From NCBI RefSeq assembly GCF_963921235.1, contig NC_086097.1, positions 126,730,001 through 126,794,000 of the forward strand: DNA of 64,000 nucleotides, given 5' to 3'. Below, piece by piece: positions 51,385 to 61,920 of the stretch (the stretch's first letter is position 1; the number at the start of each line of letters is the position of its first letter). The translations under genes and the position numbers were made by a program. The notes under the pieces are model-generated. The model did no database searches. It had not been told where the DNA came from and worked only from the letters and a program-made list of their open reading frames with translations. Source of the DNA: Mobula hypostoma. Its lineage: Eukaryota.

Positions 51385-53449
51385 AGTTCTTTCTACTGCT
51401 CACTCCTGCCCATGCACTGACCTGGATACAGAGAGGAAAAAAATGGTGTAAATCAAAATTGATTTGGCATCTCCTGAGAGCAAGGGGTGTAGATGGGGTG
51501 GAGTTTGTTAGGTGTGTTCAGGAAGGTTTCCTGACACAATATGTAGATAAGCCTTCAAGAGGAGAGGCTGTACTTGATCTGGTATTGGGAAATGAACCTG
51601 GTCAGATGTCAGGTCTCTCAGTGGAAGAGCATTTTGGAGATGGTGATCATAATTCTATCTCCTTTACCATAACATTGGAGAGAGATAGGAACAGGCAAGT
51701 TAGAAAAGTGTTTAATTGGAGTAAGTGGAATTATGAAGCTATCAGGCAGGAAATTGGAAGCTTAAACTGGAAACAGATGTTCTCAGGGAAAAGTACGGAA
51801 GAAATGTGGCAAATGTTCAGGGGATGTTCTGCATAGATAGGTTCCTATGAGATGGAAAGGATGGTAGTGTACAAAGGCTGTTGAAAATCTAATCAAGAAG
51901 AAAAGAAAAGCTTACAAAAGGTTCATAAAACTAGATAATGGTAGAGATCTAGAAGATTATAAGTCTAGCAGGAAGGAGTTTAAGAATGAAATTAGGAAAG
52001 CCAGAAGGGGCCATGAGGAGGGCTTGGCGGACCGAATTAAGGAAAACGCCAAGGCATCCTACAAGTATGTGAAGAGCAAGAGGATAAGACATGAGAGAAT
52101 AGAACCAATCAAATGTGACAATGGAAAAGTATGTATGGAACTGGAGGAGATAGCGGAGGTACTGAATGAGTACTTTGCTTCAGTATTCACTATGGAAAAA
52201 GACCTTGGCGATTGTAGGGATGACTTGCAGTGGACTGAAAAGCTTGAGCATATAGACATTAAGAAAGAGGATGTGCTGGAGCTTTTGGGAAGCACCAAGT
52301 TGGAGAAGTTACTGGGACCGGATGAGATATACTCCAGGCTACTCTGGGAGGTGAGCTGAGCCTCTGGTAATGATCTTTGCATCATCAATGGGGATGGGAG
52401 AGGTTCTGGAGGATTGGAGGGCTGCGGATATTGTTCCATTATTCAAGAAAGGGAGTAGAGATAGCCCAGGAAATTATAGACCAGTTAGTCTTAATTCAGT
52501 GGTTGGTAAGTTGATGCAGAAGATCCCGAGAGGCAGGATTTATGCACATTTGGAGAGGCATAATATGATTAGGAATAGTCAGCATAGCTTTGTCAAAGGC
52601 AGGTTGTGCCTTACGGGCCTGATTGAATTTTTTGAGGATGTGACTAAACACATTGATGAAGGTAGAGCAGTAGATGTACTGTATTTGGATTTTAGTAAGG
52701 CATTTGATAAGGTACCCCATGCAAGGCTTATTGAGAAAGTAAGGAGGCAAGGGATCCAAGGGGACATTGCTTTGTGGATCCGGCATTGGCATGCCCACAG
52801 AAGGCAAAGAGTGGTTGTAGACGGGTCATATTCTGTATGGAGGCTGGTGACCAGTGGTATGCCTCAGATCTGTTCCCTTCTCTTCATGATTTTGATAAAT
52901 GACCTGGATGATGAAGTGGAGGGACGGGTTCGTAAATTTGCTGATGACACAAAGGTTGAGGTTGTTGTGGATAGTATGGAGGGCTGTCAGAGGTTTTGCA
53001 TTGATAGGTTGCAAAACTGGGCTAAGAAGTGGCAGATGGAGTTCAACCCAGATATGTGTCCGCCATCTCCGTCTCCAAGGCCATGACGTGGAACTCTTTT
53101 TCCGACGGCTCCGTCTCCGAGCCTACTTCTTCAGCAAGGACTCTCCCACCCCCACCGATGACCCCTTCTCCCATCTTCAACCCTCCTCCTCTTCATGGAC
53201 ACCTCGCTCTGGTCTTCTGCCTGCTCTGGATCACTTTATTGCTAACTGCCGACGGGACATCAACCGTCTCGACTTCACCACACCTTGTCCCCATTCCAAC
53301 CTCACTCCTTCCGAACGCTCTGCTCTCCACTACCTCTGCACTAATCCTAACCTTACTATAAAACCCGCCGATAAGGGGGGTGCTGTTGTAGTCTGGCGTA
53401 CTGACCTCTACCTTGCCGAGGCTCAGCGACAACTCGCTAATACCTCCTC

Positions 53450-54078
53450 TTATTTATTTATTTATTTATATTATGAAGACATGTAGTCCTCTTTTATTGT
53501 CATTTAGTTATGCATGCATTAAGAAATGATACAATATTTCCTCTGGTGTGATATCACAAAACACAGGACAGACCAAGACTGAAAAAACTGACATAACCAC
53601 ATAATCATAACATATAGTTACAACAGTGCAACAATACTGTAACTTGATGAAGAAGTCCATGAGCATAGTAAAAGTTCAACGTCTCTCAAATGTCCCACAT
53701 CTCACACAGACAGGAGAAGGAAGAAAAACTCTCCCTGCCATGCCGACAACAATCCGACTCTGAGTCATCCGAAAACTTCGAGCTCTGATCAGCTCTCCGA
53801 CACCGAGTACTGAGCGCCATCTCTGTCCGATCGATTTGACCTCCTTCTCGGTCGCCAAAAGCAGGCAAGGCTGGGGATTTTGAGGCCTACCCTCTGAAAG
53901 ATTCCCTACCACGCAATAAGGACAGCAGTGAATGAGCGTTTCAGAAATTTCTCCAGATGTTCCTCTGTGCTTTCACGTCCATTCTAAATCAAATCAGAAT
54001 TGTCCACGGCCCCTATTTAACAGATACGATATCATTTTTCACTGGAGGGCTGCGCCTATGCAGGCGCACCACCATCAT
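53450..54078 (-). mobile_element. Non-coding SINE-like insertion with (TAAA)n tail inside the Penelope element
   Basis: Interrupts the Penelope ORF; its tail region matches 42740-42920 in the opposite orientation. Confidence 0.65.
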
Positions 54079-56100
54079 CTCCTCCCACCCTGTCGTGACC
54101 TCACTAAGGAGCACCAGGCCGTTGTCTCCCACACCATCACCGACTTTATCCACTCAGGGAATCTCCCATCCACTGCTACCAACAGTATAGTTCCCACACC
54201 CCGCACTTCCCGTTTCCACCTCCGACCCAAGATCCACGAACCTGCCTGTCCTGGCAGACCCATTGTCTCAGCTTGCTCCTGCCTCACCGAACTCATTTCT
54301 GCATACCTCGACACAGTTTTATCCCCCCCTTGTTCAATCCCTTCCTACCTATGTTCGTGACACTTCTCACGCTCTGAAACTTTTCGATGATTTTAAGTTC
54401 CCTGGCCCCCCCACCGCTTTATTTTCACCATGGATGTCCAGTCCCTATATACTTCCACCCCCATCAGGAAGGTCTCAAAACTCTCCGCTTTTTTTTGGAT
54501 TCCAGACCTAACCAGTTCCCCTCTACCACCACTCTGCTCCGTCCAGCGGAATTAGTCCTTACTCTTAATAATTTTTCCTTTGGCTCCTTCCACTTCCTCC
54601 AAACTAAAGGTGTAGCTATGGGCACCCGTATGGGTCCTAGCTATGCCTGCCCTTTTGTTGGCTTTGTGGAACAATCTATGTTCCAAACCTATTCTGGTAT
54701 CTGCCCCCCACTTTCCCATTGCTACATCGACGACTGCATTGGCGCTGCTTCCTGCACGCATGCTGAGCTCGTTGACTTCATTAATTTTTTCCCCAACTTT
54801 CACCCTGCCCTCAAGTTTACCTGGTCCATTTCCGACACCTCCCTCCCTTTTCTAGATCTTTCTGTCTCTATCTCTGGAGACAGCTTATCTACTGATGTCT
54901 ACTATAAGCCTACTGACTCTCACAGCTATCTGGACTATTCCTCTTCTCACCCTGTCTCTTGCAAAAATGCCATCCCCTTCTCACAATTCCTCTGTTTCCA
55001 CTGCATCTGCTCTCAGGATGAGGCTTTTCATTCCAGGTTGAGGGAGATGTCCTCCTTTTTTAAAGAAAGGGGCTTCCCTTCCTCCACCATCAACTCTGCT
55101 CTCAAACGCATCTCCCCTATTTCACGCACATCTGCTCTCACTCCATCCTCCCGCCACTCCACTACGAATAGGATTCCCCTGGTCCTCAGCTACCACCCCA
55201 CCAGCCTCCGGGTCCAACATATCATTCTCCGTAACTTCTGCCACCTCCAACGGGATCCCACCAATAAGCACATCTTTCCATCCCCCCCCCCCCGCTTTCC
55301 ACAGGGATCGCTCCCTACGCAACACCCTTGTCCATTCGTCCCCCCATCCCTTCCCACCGATCTCCCTCCTGGCACTTATCCTTGTAAGTGGAACAAGTGC
55401 TACACATGCCCTTACACTTCCTCCCTTACCACCATTCAGGGCCCCAGACAGTCCTTCCTGGTGAGGCGACACTTCACCTGTGAGTCGGCTGGGGTGATAT
55501 ACTGCGTCCGGTGCTCCCGATGTGGCCTTCTATATATTGGCGAGACCAGACGCAGACTGGGGATCGTTTCGCTGAACACCTACGCTCTGTCTGCCAAAGA
55601 AAGCAGGATCTCCCAGTGGCCACACATTTTAATTCCACGTCCCATTCCCATTCTGATATGTCTATCCACGGCCTCCTCTACTGTAAAGATGAAGCCACAC
55701 TCAGGTTGGAGGAACAACACCATATATTCCGCCTGGGTAGTCTCCAACCTGATGGCATGAGCATTGACTTCTCAAACTTCCGCTAATGCCCCACCTCCCC
55801 CTCGTATCCCATCCATTATTTATTTATATACACACATTCTTTTTCTCTCTCTCCGTTTTCTCCCTCTGTCCCTCTCACTATACCCCTTGCCCATCCTCTG
55901 GGCTTTCCCCCTCCCTCCCTCTTTCTTTCTCCCTAGGCCTCCTGTCCCATGATCCTCTCCCTTCTCCAGCCTTGTATCCCTTTTGCCAATCAACTGTCCA
56001 GCTCTTAGCTCTATCCCTACCCTTCCTGTCTTCTCCTATCATTTTGGATTTCCCCCTCCCCCTCCCACTTCCAAATCTCTTACTAGCTCTTCTTTCAGTT

Positions 56101-56136
56101 GGTCCTGACGAAGGGTCTTGGCCCGAAACGTCGACT
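56101..56136 (+). ncRNA. Minimal type I hammerhead ribozyme motif (GUC triplet, predicted cleavage after 56132)
   Basis: GGTC-CTGACGA-AGGGTCTTGGCCC-GAAAC-GTC-GACT; palindromic ACGT stands in place of a full stem III. Confidence 0.75.
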
Positions 56137-57073
56137 GTAGCTCTTCCTAGAGATGCTGCCTGGCCTGCTGCATTCACCAGCAATTTTTATGTGTGTTGCT
56201 TGAAGTTCCAGCATCTGCAGATTTCCTCGTGTAAGTGTGAGGTAGTTCATTTTGGTAGGTCAGATGTGATGGCAGAATATAGTATTAATGGTAAGACTCC
56301 TGGCAGTGTGGAGGATCAGAGGGATCTTGGGGTCCGAGTCCATAGGACACTCAAAGCTACTGCACAGGTTGACTCTGTGGTTAAGAAGGCATACGGTGCA
56401 TTGGCCTTCATCAACCATGGGATTGAGTTCAAGAGCCGAGAGGTATTGTTGCAGCTATATAGGACCCTGGTCAGACCCCACTTGGAGTACTGTGCTCAGT
56501 TCTGGTCGCCTCACTACAGGAAGGATGTGGAAATGATAGAAAGGGTGCAAAGGAGATTTACAAGGATGTTTCCTGGATTGGGGAGCATGCCTTATGAGAA
56601 TAGGTTGAGTGAACTCAGCCTTTTCTCCTTGGAGCGATGGAGGATGAGAGGTGACCTGATAGAGGTGCATAAGATGATGAGAGGCATTGATCATGTGGAT
56701 AGTCAGAGGCTTTTTCCCAGGGCTGAAATGGCTAACACAAGAGGGCACAATTTTAAGGTGCTTGGAAGTACGTACAGAGGAGATGTCAGGGGTAAGTTTT
56801 TTACTCAGAGAGTGGTGAGTGCGTGGAATGGGCTGCCGGCAATGGTGGTGGAGGCGGATACAATAGGGTCTTTTAAGAGACTCCTGCGTGGCTACATGGA
56901 GCTTAGAAAAATAGAGGGCTATGGGTAACCCTTGGTAATTTCTAAAGTAAGTACATATTCGGCTATCATTGTGTGCTGAAGGGCCTGTATTGTGCTGTAA
57001 GTTTTCTATGTTTCTGAAATTCAAGTTGACCTGAATAAAGGTTGCTACTGAAGATAACTATTGTTTCCTTTAG

Positions 57074-57316
57074 GAGATGTCAGTTCACCCTCCTTGGAAG
57101 CGTCTGCCACTGAAGATTTTCACAGACAATCATCAGAAAGAGGATCGGGAAATAGTTCCCCTGAAATATCTGGTGATCTGCATATAACCACACCAAGCAT
57201 TTCCAATATCATTGAAATCCCACTGGAACTTTATCCTGAAATATCAGTTTCTGGAGAATCTGACCAAGAGGGAAGTGGGTCTCCCATGGGAAGTGTGCAA
57301 ATGCTGACAAATGGAG
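57074..57316 (+). CDS. Candidate symmetric (phase 1-1) exon encoding an acidic Ser-Gly-rich, proteoglycan-like segment
   Basis: TTGTTTCCTTTAG| (G)DVSSPSLEASATED..ERGSG..EISGD..VSGESDQEGSGS..TNG+G |GTAACG; 243 nt, open, not recognisably repeat-derived. Confidence 0.55.
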
Positions 57317-58384
57317 GTAACGTTTCTCCTGGCAGATGGTTCATCACCCTTCATTTCCCACCCCCTTCAAATCTTTCCATTCCAGCCAGAAGAGTTGTTA
57401 ATCTCAGTCAGAATCTCACTGAACACTGGATGTGGAGATGGAGTTGCTTCCATTCTGGGGATCTGGCTGTTACACTGAGGCCAGAGTCCATCTCCACAAT
57501 GGTGAGTGTTGTGGAATCGAGGGATTGGGATTGCAAGGGCACAGTTTGCTGAAAGCAGCCACACAATGTTTAAAAAAAAGAGTTTAGCATGCTACCTTTC
57601 ATCAGTCAGGCCATTGGGTATCGGAGCAAGGACATTATGTTACAAATGTACAAGTCATTGGTGAGACTGACTTTAAGTTGAATTGCCCAGTTGGCCTCAG
57701 CTGGATCCTGCCGAATGTTCTCCAAGTTGGCCCTGCTCCAGTTCAGGATTTGTGGATCAGTTCTATCTTTTTCCCTAACTATTTTAAAACTAAGAGTAGA
57801 TGGTATAGGTTAAATTGTTCCTTTAGTTCCTGCTGACTAATGGGGAGGGTGTCTACCAAGGTGACCATCCCTATTTCTAAGTTCAACCTAAATGGAATTA
57901 AGCATTTTGAGATGATACACAAATCTTAAATTTTAAATCAAAGCCAAGTTGCCTACACATTTCAATCTTAATAAAATTGCTTTCTAATGAGATAGTATTC
58001 TGTGTAAACATTGTAACTCTGTTATCAACTTTCCCAAATGTAAGTTGCTCAGTTTAAAGTACCCAGTTGCATTTCTTCATAACAGAACAGCATTTTGCAC
58101 AAAACACTTAGCACAGTGACCACACAATGTAGTATTTTCAATAAGACCAATGAGCAGCATTATCCTACATTAATATTTCAGCACTAATACCAACTCATGG
58201 CACACCAACATTTATATCACTCATGGCCTTGCTCAAACTCTTTGAAATCCTGCCCAGTGCTCATTTACTTGTTGTACTCTGTTCAAAAATGTTGGATGAG
58301 AAATTTCTGCAGAATTTCTGGTGATTTTGTATAGAGAGTGAGAGAGAATAAGAGGGGTTGAGAGGGAAGCAGAAGGGTGGGGAT

Positions 58385-58842
58385 TAAGGTGAGAGAGAGA
58401 GTGACTGAGATTGAATAGGTTAGGAGTGTATACCCTGAAGCTTAGAAGAATGAGGGGGTAGTTGATAGAAATATACAAAATTGAGGATTTTCGATAGTGT
58501 AAATACAAGCAGGCTTTTTCCACTGAGGTTGTTTGAGACGAGGACCAGAAGTCATAGGTTAAGGGTGAAAGGGGAAGTGTTTAAGGGGAACATAAGGCAG
58601 AACTTCTTCGCTCAGAGGGTGGTGAGAGAGTGGAATGAGCTGCCAGCCCAGCAGAAGTGGGGTGGGGGGGGGGTGAAAGTTTGATTGCAACATTGAAGAA
58701 AAATTTAGATAGGTACATGCATGGGAGAGGTATGGGGGGCTATGATCGAGGTGCAGGTCCATGAGAATAAGCAGAATAATAGTTCTGCATGGACTAGATT
58801 AGCAGAGGGGCTGTTTCTGTGCGGTAGTGCTCTATGACTCTA
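58385..58842 (+). mobile_element. CR1 3' fragment
   Basis: RLFPL..TRTRSHRLRVKG..NFFAQRVVREWNELP; CTCTATGACTCTA tail. Confidence 0.8.
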
Positions 58843-60911
58843 GGAGCAAACAAGATAGAGAGCGAGACGGACAGACAGAGACTTACATGGGTGCATGGTC
58901 TTGGCTTCTGAATATTTTATACCATACCTTCACTACACCTTACCACGTTGCAATAATAGACAAAATAACTGATGCCTAAGGGCTCAGTTATTTGTTTCTA
59001 AATCTTCCAACTTGGTTTAGTTATTCATATTATTTGTTGTGAAGAAATCAAAAGCACTCCAGCATGTTCCATGCTCTGGCTCCCTTTTCTTTAAAATTCA
59101 GTGAATGCAGCAATTAATGGTTGTCCTTCTTCTAGCCGTCAGTGATGGGTAGTGTCCAAGGGCAGATTACTACAGACAATTGAAATGCTCAGTAGCTCAT
59201 GCCATCTGTGGAGGAAGAATCGTTGTGTTTTTCCTTCGACTGCTATTTTAAGAAAACAAAACTGAAATGAAGCATTTCTCATCCTTTCAAACTAAAACAA
59301 CAGTACAACCCTCAAGTGATATGCAATATGCATAACTAAGGCAATTCCACGCAGAATGTTTGTATCACTTCCCATCACTACTGCATTTCCAGGCCACTTT
59401 CTGCCTCGCACTGTGCTAATACAATGGAAGTGACAACAGTTAATGCTGAAGTTTGCAGTATTGTTGCGTGATGTGGATAAACAGCCAAAGTCCTGGTGCT
59501 AAATATGCTTCTGCTGTGTTCTAGTTATTAACATGTTGGATGCATTAAGAGTAACCACTGCAGCTGGAGTCCATGAAGTGGAAGGACCACAAGCTGACTT
59601 AATGGCCTATCGCTTAGAACCAGGACTGCAGATTAGGAGAGAAACAAGGTACATAATGTCACATAGGATGGTGAATTGTATCCTCTGATCATCAGGACTA
59701 TTAAATAAAAACGACGGCATGATAAAGTAGCAGTTTGCATAATACTATTCCAGTGCCAGTGACCCAGGATCAATTCCACCATTGTCTGTAAGGAGTTTGT
59801 ACAACCACACAAAATGCTGGAGGAACTCAGCAGGCCAGGCAGCATCTATGGAAAAAAAAGAGTACAGTCGACCTTTCGGGCTGAAACCCTTTGGCTCTCC
59901 CCGATACTGCGTGGTTTTCCTTCGGGTGCTCCAGTGTCCTCCTACATTCCTTGAGGTTAGTAGGTTAATTGGTCACATGGATATAAATTGGGTGGCATAG
60001 GCTCATTGAGTGAGTAGGGCCTGTTAATCTGCTCAATCTGAAAACAAATAAATAAACAAACTATCTTGAAATAACACTAATACATCATGTACCTTTCCAA
60101 CATCCCATTCTCAGTACAATCTACTTCTTTATGGTAGAAAACAATCTATATTGGTGGATTTTTCCCATCATGACATAAACTATTTCATTCCCAAATGACG
60201 TCGTTACTGTGTTTTGTAGTGCTGAAGAAATACATAAATACTCAAGATGTCCCAAAACAGAATTCATGTCAATGGGTTCAATGCAATTCTGTTTTCTCTA
60301 TTGGGATTACATCCATAAATAAATCCCCAGAATTACAATAAAGTGCTTAGTGGTTGAGCACCACTCTTATGATCCTGGTACATCTGCCTCCTGAACTTCT
60401 CTGGCCTTACTTGATGAAAATGATTGTTGCCAAAGATACAAGAGTTCCTCTAGTAATTAATGCACCACTAACTCTTTTATTTTGAGGCCGAATTTGAACC
60501 AAAAAAATGTGTGTTTAATAAAAATGTTTGGATTCTGGCAATCAGCTAATCTCTTGTTAAAACTATAGAATTCAATTGTCTACAGTTTTTTAGGGGAAAG
60601 ATTGTATATTTCTAGCAATGAATGCATGAGTCAGATTTCCCTCATGAATATTAAATTCTGGCAGAACTGAATGCAGTTATCCGGAGAAGAAAGGCCTTCA
60701 TTTATATAGCATCTTTCATAACCATATGCCAAAGTGCGCAGAATTTTGCATTTGTACAAATGAAAGAGCAAAGGCCTTGAGATTCAGTCACATAATCCTG
60801 TATTTTTCAGCATTACGCAATAAAAAATTGATTCAATACGGAGTGAAATAAAGTATAAAAGAACTTCCAGTTTGTTTCACCCGTGAAGAAGTTCAATCCG
60901 GCTAATGCTCA

Positions 60912-60930
60912 GTGTGTGTGTGTGTGTGTG
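60912..60930. repeat. (GT)n microsatellite
   Basis: Direct dinucleotide run. Confidence 0.9.
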
Positions 60931-61309
60931 TCTGAGACCAATACCCTCATCCGTCATGTACAGGGTGTTGCAATTCCTGTGCAACAGTGCTTATGTAGCA
61001 TTACAGAATAACGTGGTTGAAATTGTGCTGGGAATGACTGTTGCTAGTCACTCCCACATTGCAATCTTTTAGGGACACAATGCTCCCCTGCAAGGTAAGC
61101 AAGCCTCTTATCGTTCATCCTTCTGGCTGTCCTCTGAAGAAGACTGACCACTGTCTCCCTCTGTATCCCAGATCCGGCTTCTAATCTCCCCAAAACAACC
61201 ACCCCATCCTATCACTCCAAGGTCCTGTAGTCCTCAGTTCCCTCTCCTTTGTCATCAATCCACTGAGAAAATATAAATAACTCTGGGGTTTTGTCCAAAG
61301 TAAAAAAAA

Positions 61310-61920
61310 AGTCAAAGTTGAGTTTATTGTCTTCTGCACAAGTAAGTGTATGCACAGGTGCAATGAAAGATTGACTTGCAGCAGCATCACAAGGATGCAG
61401 CATCAGACAAAATGCATTTACGAGAAAAAAGATAGATTAAACATAAATTATATGTAGTTCTTTACAAGACCGAACACAACTAGAACAAGCAAAAATCCAA
61501 AGTCCATTGTGGTGTAAAGTAGTACAGTTGACCGGCCGAGGTACTGGTTAGGCCTGTGCTGGTTTGTTCAAGAACCAGATGGCTGAAGGGAAGTAGCTGT
61601 TCTTGAACCAGGTAATGTGGGACTTCAGGCTTCAGTGCTTCCTGCCTGGTGGTAGCTGCAGGAAGCTAGCATGGACCAAATGGAGGGAAACTTTTGCCAT
61701 AGATGTTGCCTTCTTGAGGCAGTGTTTCATATAGATACTAACGATGGCTGAGCGGGATGAGCCCATGATGTGACTGTGACTGCTACTTTCTGCAGCTTCT
61801 TACATGACTAAACTTTCAAATTGCTGCACTAGGCTGTTACGTGACCAGTCAGGATATTTCCAGCAGTACACCTGTAGAAGCTTGTTAGTGTTCAATGACG
61901 TGCTGAACTTCCTTAATCTT
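61310..61920 (-). mobile_element. LINE 3' fragment (L2/Rex-like); related pieces at ~13540-14010, ~30010-30440, ~62200-62510
   Basis: Shared motifs GAAGWAGCTGTTCYTGAA, GCCTTCTTGAGGCA and the TTTATTGTC tail junction. Confidence 0.6.

Larger units (their letters stand above)
53060..56231 (+). mobile_element. Penelope-like retroelement (RT + GIY-YIG endonuclease + terminal repeat), degenerate
   Basis: IKPADKGGAVVV, PKIH..PGRPIVS, GVAMGTRMGPSYA, YIDD, LPFLD, GVIYCVRCSRCGLLYIGETRR; imperfect TSD TATGTGT/TAAGTGT (53053-53059, 56232-56238). Confidence 0.92.
51480..57015 (+). mobile_element. CR1 LINE (ORF2 from endonuclease end to 3' tail), split by a Penelope insertion at 53060-56231
   Basis: LDLVLGN..DHN, PGNYRPVSL, DFSKAFDKVPH, FADDTK, WQMEFNPD; resumes as KCEVVHFGR at 56232; TTTCTATGTTTCT tail. 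Confidence 0.92.

Noticed and set aside
55786..56928. 380-aa ORF
   Set aside because: Chance read-through from the Penelope terminal repeat into the CR1 ORF2 C-terminus across the insertion junction at 56231; not a host gene
57317..57552. 3' half of the 163-aa ORF 57061..57552
   Set aside because: Composition changes after the GGAG|GTAACG donor at 57316; treated as intronic read-through
59130..61100. Possible further exons of the candidate gene (acceptors near 59135, 60592, 60810; donor near 61094)
   Set aside because: Each reaches a stop quickly or has no convincing phase or peptide; cannot choose among them without transcript data
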